A DNA stretch of 64,000 nucleotides from Auanema rhodensis (lineage: Eukaryota; Animalia; Nematoda): assembly GCA_964057225.1 (NCBI GenBank), contig OZ059899.1:13702001-13766000 (forward strand), given 5' to 3'. Numbering within the stretch: position 1 is the first letter of the stretch; every line of letters starts with the position of its first letter. Made by a program: the position numbers and the translations under genes. Positions 54,221-64,000 of the stretch are shown piece by piece. The notes under the pieces were generated by a model. That model ran no database searches and was not told where the DNA came from. It saw only the letters and a program-made list of their open reading frames with translations.

Positions 54221-56032
54221 CAACTCTTTCTCTCTATATATAGCTCTCTCTCTCTCCAACTCTCTCTCTCTCTTTATGTCATTTTTACTATATACATTAG
54301 ATTTTGATTCATATATTCAACTGTTCAAATAAATCTCTAATAATATGTCAAATTGTCTCTTTTCTCTTCTTGAATGAACAAATATACATATAAATCTATA
54401 TTTTAATTGACAAAATGAATAAATTTGATTCTATATGTGTATAGTTAAGAATAATATTTCTAATAGATTATCTTCTTACCTGAAGATTCTCAGCCTTGAC
54501 TCTGGTGGAGGTGTTTCTTGGGGAACCGAAGTTGGTCATGAGCCTTTGGGAGTCTCCCTTGTTCCATCCAGCCTGACTTGGGATAATACCTAAAGAAGGA
54601 ATAAATAATAATAATAATATTTATTATTATAATTATGTTTTTTCTAAATATTCTCTGCAATATACGAAACTGAAGATTTCAAGTTGAATCAAAGTGTAAA
54701 GACAAACAATCTGCTGCTGAGGTGTTTCTTCAACTCAAATTTGCTGATTGTTCAGAGTTATCTCGAATTTCCAAAAAAAAAAGTTTCCACTCTTCTTCTT
54801 TTAACTTCATACATAGTTTGGAGAGTATATCTTACCGTCAGTCTGTCTAAGCTGAGCCAAAGTCCATCGTCCGACTCTCTTGGGCTGGCCCTGGCCAGTG
54901 ACCTTAGTCTCCATGGTTGCGTTGGGTTGAACATCCTCTGAAATCATTAAAATTAATTAAAAATAACTAATTAATATAAGAAATATTCGTAAAAATTAGT
55001 AATTTTTTATCAAAAAAAGAATTGTCTACATAGATGGCCATCACAATTTACACAGACATATTTGACTTTTTGTTGTTAAAATTAGAAAAAATAGGCTGAA
55101 TGAGAGATACAACACACGAATAGCATAGCTATTAACGTATTTATAACAAAAAAACATAAAATTATCTCAAATATGTTAAATATATGAACATATAGTTAAC
55201 TTACTGTCTGATATTATAACCTATATATCCTTAAACCGGATTCTTTTTAAGATTTTTCAGATGTTTCGAAGTGCTATGATCACAAACCTTCGTAGTAATA
55301 CTGTGGACGACAAACCTCCGGAAGTTGGAACTTCTGAGATGTTTGTTTGACTGACGGCACAGCCAACTTAGGCTGAGAGCCAGTCAATTCAGGATAATTA
55401 CCATATCCGGATGGCGTATTGCTAGCAGGAGCAGCAACGAATTGCAAATAGTTTGCTGGCACTTGGTTCCGAGAATGTTGAGGTGAAGGTACAGCTGATA
55501 CCGGTGCTGATGATCGTACTGGAGGCTCTGGTGCTGTTGGTGAAGGCTGATGGTGAGACTGTTGGTGGTTATTCGTCTTTGAAGCTGGATGTGTCGTGGG
55601 CTGTTCCAGATGTACCGGAATTTCACGGACTATTCCTCCATTTTCGGATGATTTGTATGGAGAGAAAGCTGATGCATCTGCATTCTGATGATAGTTCTGA
55701 GAAGACGGATGTGATTGATCATCTGAAGTCACACTGTAGCTATTGGATGATGCTGTTGATGAAGCAATGGATGCATCACGTCTACGATTCTCAGAGAGAA
55801 ATCGTGGAACGATGCTGGAACGTGGAGTGCTGGCTGGAGTCTGAACGATGCCAGACGAAGCGTTGTTAGATGAATCGCGAATACGTTGAAGAGCATCCTC
55901 CTGACGAGGAGATAATGGATAATTGGGCTGTTTGGAGAAAGCTGTTGGATAGTAATACGATGGGAATGAGCCTTGAATCACATATTTCTCATTAGATTGT
56001 TGAACAGTTTGAGAAGAAGTATAGCTAAGCAT
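51930..56032 (-). CDS. unc-87: UNC-87 calponin-repeat thin-filament protein (seven CLIK repeats; long isoform with Ser/Pro-rich first exon 55288-56032)
   Basis: METKVTGQGQPKRVGRWTLAQLRQTDGIIPSQAGWNKGDSQ, seven repeats of the (L/S/C)Q(S/A/M)G(T/W/S)N..SQ.GM.GFG type, and end KHLKRIWELEYPEEAEVSLDRL*. The phase-1 donor at 55287 joins the acceptor at 54938. The start of the long exon is less certain. Confidence 0.93.
54170..54275. repeat. Compound (CT)n microsatellite in an unc-87 intron
   Basis: Several CT runs, the longest about 54181-54217. Confidence 0.9.
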
Positions 56033-59000
56033 ATCTCGTTCGTTGAAAATTGAAGTTTCAATTTGAATCAGGAGGAATTGCAGTACAAGTAGAAATGAAT
56101 GATACTCCAATAGCTTATTTAAAGCTTATAGGTAATTCAATTAGACAGTCAAGCCTCGTAGAGCACAGATGACAATCAGAGTCTGTGAGTAACAAGCCGA
56201 CACACAAGACGAATGAGCCACACACACAGACAGACACAGAAGCCGATGAACGAAGGGCACGAACGGAACGACAACTGAATCTACTGAAGGCAGAAGGAAT
56301 TACAAGCAGACAGTTAGATACATATAGAAGACACAAAGAATACATTGACACAGAAAAACTAACGAAACGAACGAAGACCAGAACAGCGTATATACACAGA
56401 AGAAGACGTACGAAGTACATGAAAGACGATGACATATTTAAGAAGAAACACAACTGATACTTCTTCAAATTTGAAGAAAAAGGGTTTTTTACTTTGAAAA
56501 TTAAAGTGGAAAACTGAGAAATTAAGAAAACTTGAAGATAGAATTGTCAAGAGTTTATGAACATTATCAGCATCTAGGAAACTGCTAGTAAGAATTGAAA
56601 AACAGAGGATGGTTTGTATTAAGAAAGAGACATCTTCCACTTCTCTCTTGCATCCTCTTTGAGAGGCGGAGTAAGAGAGTTGAAATAAAATTTATTTCTT
56701 TTCTCATATTTCTCTTCATTTGAACTAATATTTCATCTTTATTTTCTCTCAAAAGTAGTCAATTTCGGAAGAAAAAAAAGAAAAAAAGAAAGATTTTCTC
56801 GTCTTGTTCTCGTTTGGTAGAGGTACGTGGGTATAGTTGACAGTAAGGCTTTGACGACCTTCTGACGAGAAATGATTGTGAGAGTTTGTGTGTAGGTGGA
56901 GCTTATAGATAGCTTATACACCAAGGAAAAGACCGGAAGACGAGCATAACGAGAGGTCGAACATCATCAGCTAAGACCGTTGCGGTTATTGGTATAGAAT
57001 ATTGAATTGAAGTGATAGTGTTTTCTGAGAGACAATTTGACAGGAAACTAGAAGAGAGAGAGAGAAAGCGAGAGACAGAGAGAGAGAGGGAGAGAGAGAG
57101 TGAAGCGGAATAGTTCGCGCAATCATATGCCAGAAGCAAGACAGCGCAATATCGAGGAGCAACCTTTCAGATGTGAAGTTTGTAGAGAGAGTGAGCTACG
57201 CGATATCTGCGAGAAGAGGTTCTGGCGAAGAGCTTGTGCTTACGGACGATGAATAGATGGATGGAAGGACACGGCGAAATGTCCTGATTGTCAACTGTCA
57301 ATCTTTCTTATTCATTTGAACTCGATTATGATCAATTCTCTTTTAAGATTAGACTTCATACCCTCAGGATTCATTCATCTGAACATAGTTCTTCCTGCTT
57401 TACTCGCTCTCTCTCTTTCTCTCTTTCTATCTCTCTATCTATTCTTCCTCAAATCCTTTGTCTTGTAATCATCATCACATGTGATGTAAACTATAAAGAT
57501 TCGTAAGCTTGAGAGAAGAAAACCAGGTAAGATGTATATATCGTTGATGAAATAGTATAGAAAATGAAGAGAGTTTTGAGACAAAAAGAGAGATTCTTCG
57601 TCATCTGTTTACAAGAAATTTGGGAGATGCGACAACCAGGCGAGTTGATTAAGATAATGAGTAAGGAAAGAAACAAATTCTTTTTTTTCTGTTTGATCAC
57701 CACACCTTCTTGGTTTGCTCTTTGTTTCTCTATTTCCCTCATTTCTCCCTCTTTACTACTTTACTAGTATTACTCTCTCTAGCTCCCTCTTTCTCTCTCT
57801 CTCTCTCTCTCTCTCTTGAATCAGATTTAAAAAAAAGAAAGATGTTTTTCAGTACTCTATGAGTATATTGTTCTAAAAACAAATCGAAAGTTCTTCAATT
57901 TACAAGTAAAAAAACATTTTTTTTCTGTAAAGCATAAGGTCAAATATCTTGAAAATAGGTCGTTCATGTATTCTGTTGTTTAAAAATAAGAATTGGGAAA
58001 GAAGCAAAAGTATTTTGTTGGACTTTCCATGATTTCTGAATGGTTGATCATCTTATCAGTAAGATCTGTATTAGTAGAAAAGCAGACCCAGAAGTTGGGT
58101 GTTGATGATTCGTCTGCTTATTTCCTAACTTTTGGTTTTATTTTTGCTTCCTAAACATCGTCTTCCCTCTCCTCTTTCCCTCTTTTATTCTTTGGAAGAT
58201 ATTCTCATACACAAACAGGATGGATGAATCCACAGATCCACACCAAATTTCTTTTTTTTTGTGTTCAAACTAAGGTTTAAAGCTCATGCTTGGTCTGAGA
58301 GCTATGCGATAAAATACATCGAAACAACTATAAGGCCAATGGCAACAGACGTTAAATAAATGAAAAAGAAAGGAGAAAAACTAATGATATAAGATGAAGA
58401 GAGAGAGAGACAGAGGGAGATATAGAGAGAGAGAGAGAGAGAACGGCAGATTACTTTACACAGAAGAAGAAGAAGGGGGAGGAGGAGGAGAAGTCAGTGA
58501 GTCGTTGGCTGAAATACAACAGAAGACAGCTAAAAGACAATTGGTACTGCTTATTTACATCAGTTGCTTCTTGATCATATCTATATATCTCTCTTTTACT
58601 TTCTGATTTTTTTTTAAAAACATACCAAATTTGATTTTTTTTGAAGAAAAAATGGAATGAAAGAGATTAAGAAGAGAGTGATATGAAGAGAAATTAGTTA
58701 AAAAGGTAATTGTTATACGTATAAATAACAAGAAAACAACATAAAAATATCAAAATTGATAACATTGGACAATGGATGACCATATTCGATTAAATATTTG
58801 TAAAAACATATGAAAAAATTGAAACATACCAACGGCGGCAGGGGTATCCTCGGTTGGTGGCATCTGAAATGGAAATTGCGTTTAGAGGGAGTACGGTAGT
58901 TTGATATATGGTATACGGTATGAGCATGAAGGTGTTTTGATTGAAAAATCAAAAGTTTATATGAGTAAAATGAAAATGCTGAAGTTTTAAATACTATTGT

Positions 59001-62000
59001 TTGGTGTACTGAGGAAATGAACTTGAAAAATGCTAAGAATAGGTTGTAAGTTGGGTGACAAAGATGAGGTAAACAAGTTTAAGAGAAGTACAGATTATTA
59101 GCTCCTGTAATACGATTAGAGCTTATGTTTAGATGAATGAATATTTGGAGAATAAATGATAGTTAAAGAGAAGAATTTATATTGAAATATGATCTATGTG
59201 AGAGAATATTAACTATATGTTGTGATATAACTTGTAAATAAACCTGTTATAGTTGGGGATGAGAGGATAGGGCCATTAAGCTTAAGTTGGTAATCATATA
59301 CAGCTTGGCGCTTAGTTAGAAAAATTAAAGTTATCAAATTGAGATTGTAAGTCGTCTAAAAGCTACTTTGTGATGAAATGAAACTGAAAGCATGGCAGCC
59401 GATAGGTGGGAAGTTAGCCAGAAGGAGGGGAGGAGAGGCATTACAACGGGCAAATGCCCACAGGGCTCCCCTAAGAATAGACGGCGCCCACTCATATCAT
59501 AAAGATTATATAAAATTAAGAGAGTAAGTAAAATGATTAGAGAAAAAAAGAGAAAAAAAGTTTGAAAGACGGTTAGATGGGAAGTAGAATAGTGTGGATT
59601 GAAGGTATGGAGATAAGAGGATAAGAAGAAGAGTCAAGGTATTGAAAGCAATAACACAAGACATAGAGAGATAAAGAGAGTGAGAATAAGAGTGAAAGAG
59701 GAAGATAAAGGCAGTAAGGCTTGAAGAGATAAAGAGAGAAAGAGAGAGGGAGGGAGGGAGGGCATTTTGTACGAAAAGAGCTGGATGATAGAAGGAAAAA
59801 GTAAGAAAATTCTTTTGTTCTTCATCTAATCATCCAGATGACTTTTCAGAGTTTTAACTAATATTTCTCTTGAAAAATAAAATATTTTGAAGGAAGAAAT
59901 AGAAAATGAAGATATAAATTGATGTATTGAGAGTAATATCTTGAGATTTCTCTCTCTCTCTTTCTCTCTCTCTCTCTTGCTCTCTCTCTCTTATACCTTT
60001 TACAATCTATTATCCAACTAGTAATGATTATGAAATCTTATGTTATATCTTTAATAATCAAAACATATACGATTATCATAAAGTTTATTTATAATAAACT
60101 TGAATAAAACTTCTTTTCAACTTTTATTCAAAACTTAACACGCAAAAGTAGAAGCATATTGACAGAAGTACGAATATTTTTTTTTGAATTTTCAATGTAA
60201 AATACTCGATTATCGATTGATTTGTTTATCATTTCGTGAACATCTGTCTACAGATTCTCTCTCTCTCTCTCTCTCTCTATCGTTTCTTGAACCATTTTCC
60301 TTTTATTTTTTCAAACAGAAGAAGGAGGGTAAGAAGGAGGGGCAAAGACAGATAAACCAACAACTGCCAGCATCATCTTGAGCAAGCTAATACTTGAAGA
60401 ATGCAAAAAACGAGAAATGTATGGAATATTATAAGCAAAGTTGTTTTTTCTTTTTCAATTCATTTCTCAATCTTTCAGTTCTTCCAGATAATTTCTCGAA
60501 AATTTTCTTTTTTTTTATAAAAAAAAAACAAAAACCTTTGTCGTTGTTGATTAGATGATCAAAAAACAAATGACATATGTTTGATTAGGAAATATCATTA
60601 ATTGATTCAAATAATTTGAAAATTTCGTTTGAAAAATTTAAAATTTAAAATAAAAATTTGTTTTTCATGATATTTGAGTAGAGCTAGTTTGTATAGTTGC
60701 TGAGTTCGTAACACATATGAGCTTACTGCATATGAGAAAAAGACTAAAATTTCTCAAATTACAATAGAATTATTGAATTTTTCTAAAAAAAAATAATTTA
60801 AATCAAAAAATATTTATTAAATAATAATAATAATAATAATTAATAATATAAGAAGAGATGAAGTGGTTGTTGATCCGTGTTCATCCTTTGGATGATTAAG
60901 CTCTTCTTCTACTACATGTTGCTAAAAGTACAAATTGCTTGAATGCAGATGAAGATGGTGAATTTCTCTGAAAAAATAAAATATTTTAAGAAAATAAAAA
61001 AATAAAAATCATTGTAAAGCATATGGTTAAATGATTGAAAGAGTTAAGCATGGTAAAGAGTTTGAATGAATGAGTGAAGAGAAGAGGTTTGAAAGCAGGC
61101 AAAGGGAGATATTAGTCTTCAATATAGTTTAGATCATCCATCCATCAGTTTGTCGAATTGATGTGAAAAAGATTTTTGCAGACAAGTTTAATAGCACGAA
61201 TAGAGAAGAGAAGGTAGGTGGGCGAAAAGAAAAAAAAAGAATAAAATGAACGACAACAATCATTTTTAAATAGTTAAGAGAGAGAGAGAGGGAGAGAGAT
61301 TGAGAGAGAGAGAGGGGAAGGGAGAGAGAGAGAAAAAGATTAAGAGGTTATGAAGGTAAAATATATATTCGTTGATGAAGTGAAGCAGATAATCAGAAAG
61401 AGCAGGAGAGAACAGCAATTCATTTCTCTGATATTGTTCAATTGGCACTGAAGAAGTTAGTATACGAAACCGGATGTGATAAGATAAAAATCAGTGAAAA
61501 TGTGATAAATATTGAGAGAGAGATAGAGAGAGAAAGGAAGAGACAGAGAGAGAGATATTTGACCAAAAAAATAAAAAAAATATTTTTTTGTATTGGATGA
61601 ATGGCAGCCGCCAGCATAGGTTAGCAGCTACCGCCAAAGTCGATAACGGCGGTCACGACGACAACGACAGTGCTGAGGATCGAAACTTAATGAATCTATC
61701 TCACTAATCCTCGAAAATCAGTGTCCAGAGATGAATCAGAGATTAAACATTTGTAGAAAAGATGAGAATGGATAAGGGATGTGAGGAAAGGTTGGGAGGA
61801 AGATACAAAGGTAAATTTCATTTTGACAAATTGAAAATGTTCAAAAATCAGAAATATACGAGGCAAAGTATATATGATAAGTAGTAATATTAAAAAACTA
61901 AGTTTAAAGTTTGATTATGCTGAAAAACTTGTAGCGTAAGCTTTCAAGATAAGTTTTCTTCTATTTTTTCAAAGAATATTGTCTGAAAGTGGTGATGAAA

Positions 62001-62170
62001 ATGAAGGAAAAATCATCATAGTTACAGTTATATCAATAGAATCTTAAGGTGATCCGTGAGTACGATAACCTGTTTAATATGGATTTGCAGATGCTTATCG
62101 TAGTGCGTTCTGAAGGAAATTCAGTCGATTGAATCCATAGAGCCACGTTCAGTTGACCACCACAGGTAAA

Positions 62171-63503
62171 ATGCAAAATTCAAAAGAAAATCCAACAACT
62201 TTGCCTGAAAGTAAAAAGGTAATTTCTTGAAAACGTCTCTTTTCCGAGAAACTTGATCAAGTTGCTTTCATTTCAGGATGTAATTTATTTCTTTTTACTC
62301 AATGTAGCATCAGCTTTCATGTTATCAGCAGCACATAATGTTTTACATTTTGTATTAGACTTTCATACAACTCTTATTCATTTTCTTCATTATTTCTTTA
62401 CATTTCTCTTTATGTTATTACTATATAAGGTTGGATGTATTCCAAAAACTAAGTTGCAATATCAGGTTGTTATCAAACTTATATCTCATTTGCAACTTTA
62501 TTTTTCAATTTTAGAACTTATATGTTCCTGTTGGATTAAAGGTATTAGAAGTATTTCTATCTTCTATCGTTCATTCACAAAATCGTACTGGAGCACTGTA
62601 TACGATGAGGTTCGATCACATCATCAGCTTAAAGCTTTACTTTTCTCATCTTAAAAGCATTTTTTAAGAATTTTCGATTTTGTCTTCACATTGACCATTT
62701 GCTTATGTGCTCAACGATATGTTCCATCCAGACTTAATGGACATCCAAAATCTTCACTATTGGTTAGTTTCTTCTTGAACTTATGGACATGTATGTATAT
62801 GAAGTAGTTGTTAACTTCAGATTCCATTGGGATTTGCTGTATCATTAGCTTGGCTTGAATTTGGTCAAATGGAATATACATCACTCAGTCTATTCTGCTC
62901 ACCAGCATTGGCGTTTGTTCGAGCATTGTCCATTTTAAGCATTCAAAGAGCTCATATTCATATGTATCAAGGTGCTACAATCTGGAACAATTCCGTTTTT
63001 TGACTTGAAAATTCAAATTTTCCACAAAAAAAAGCTTAAAATTCCAGTTTCAGGACATGTTGAGCAATTTTGTTTATACTATTCCGGATTAGTTACTGCT
63101 GCTCTGTCTATTCCAGCTATAATCTCTTATGCTTCATCTCAAGTTGAAGTTACAGCAAGTTGGGAATCTATCGATTATGTAAAACTATAAATCAAATTAA
63201 ACAACTTAACAACTCAATTTCCAGGTTTTGATGGGATTATCATTCATGTTCATGTCATCCAATGTATATTCTGAATTCTGGCTCATACTAAACCTAAATC
63301 CTAGAGCATTTGCAACCTTAGAGCATACGAAATATCTCGGAGCATCTGTAATTATTTTCTTTCCAACTATTATTTGATGAAAATTATTTTTATTTAAGAT
63401 TGCTCAATGGATTATTCAGAATATGGCACATCCATGTATATTAGCTTTAGCCGGAAAACTAGTAGCAATAGCTTCATTGTTCCGTATTGCTACCCGGCTA
63501 TAA
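62171..63503 (+). CDS. Multi-pass SLC35/TPT-like (nucleotide-sugar transporter family) membrane protein
   Basis: Seven exons splice in frame to a hydrophobic protein: FLLNVASAFMLSAAHNVL...TTLIHFLHYFFTFL...NPRAFATLEHTK. This resembles the N..S / T..H / P....L...K pattern of SLC35E-type proteins. Confidence 0.65.
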
Positions 63504-63609
63504 CTTTAGGTAAATTCTCATTACAATTGCAATTAACATCAAAATCAAACAATGATCTACATCTTTTTTTATTTTTTCAAGAAACAGATGACTGAAAACA
63601 CAGTTGAAT

Positions 63610-63970
63610 TCATGCTTCTTGTGAATTTCGGCTTTCTTTTTTCGATTTACTTGCACCCTTCTGTTGTCGCATTCGAAGTTTTTCCTAAACATAATATTTG
63701 CATAACTTGACCAGCCGTTATCTTTCAAACCTTAAGAGCTATAGCTTGTTTCTCTCTCTGCAGGTTATTCCGTTTCTCAAATTGTTTTTTAGCGGATTCA
63801 TGCTCGGATAGCTTCTGCTTCACATCGCCTTCAAGCATTTTGTTGAGCATTTTTTATGCAAAAGAAAACAACAAAAAATTGATACCAAATAAGGCTTCCT
63901 TGCTGGGTATTGGTGCTAACTTTCCTAATGGAATAGCTTGTCCATTGTCATTTCCATGAGTTAATATATC
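63610..63970 (-). CDS. 3' end of an unidentified gene (basic coiled-coil C-terminus); continues beyond the window
   Basis: Three exons splice in frame: DILTHGNDNGQAIPLGKLAPIPSKEALF|GDVKQKLSEHESAKKQFEKRNNLQREKQAIALK|EKLRMRQQKGASKSKKESRNSQEA*. Confidence 0.6.
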
Positions 63971-64000
63971 CTTTAAGCACACACACAACATACGAAATAC

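Noticed and set aside
56115-61450. Similar low-complexity ORFs upstream of unc-87, and a possible exon at about 60857-60967
   Set aside because: Compositional artefacts. The candidate exon has stops in all frames from its acceptor and no clear donor, so at most it is untranslated.
63829-63885. Apparent second GT-AT intron (TTTTGCAT) in the last gene
   Set aside because: A canonical 57-nt GT-AG intron ending TTGAAG keeps the frame, and the AT version would be only 30 nt.

Overview
This is eukaryotic DNA from a rhabditine (clade V-type) nematode: AT-rich, with many 40-60 nt GT-AG introns, TTTTCAG-type acceptors, and apparent trans-splice acceptors just before start codons. The species cannot be named from the sequence. 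The supplied ORF track mostly shows exon fragments and shadow frames, so I rebuilt gene models by hand. About 20 intact protein-coding genes are supported: TopBP1/mus-101 (3' part), La/SSB, hsf-1, CASC3, rpl-14, a Ly6/three-finger-like GPI gene absent from the ORF track, PPP1R16-like, oxa-1, RTF2, fog-3, zeta-crystallin quinone oxidoreductase, a probable five-gene operon (uev-1, PHIP/BRWD, HINFP, mrps-27, BORCS8), an atypical FABP, a two-repeat calponin-like gene, unc-87, an SLC35-like transporter and the 3' end of an unidentified gene. There is also a possible chemoreceptor pseudogene. I found no rRNA, tRNA, CRISPR array or transposase. I did not find a clearly new multi-gene system. The best leads are RNA-processing and regulatory: a HINFP intron with no usable AG, in-frame alternative acceptors inside the HSF-1 HR-C region, fog-3 lacking TRA-1 sites and carrying a long tail, a PHIP/BRWD gene inside the operon, and the unc-87 plus mini-CLIK tandem. 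All homology calls come from remembered family motifs, not database searches.
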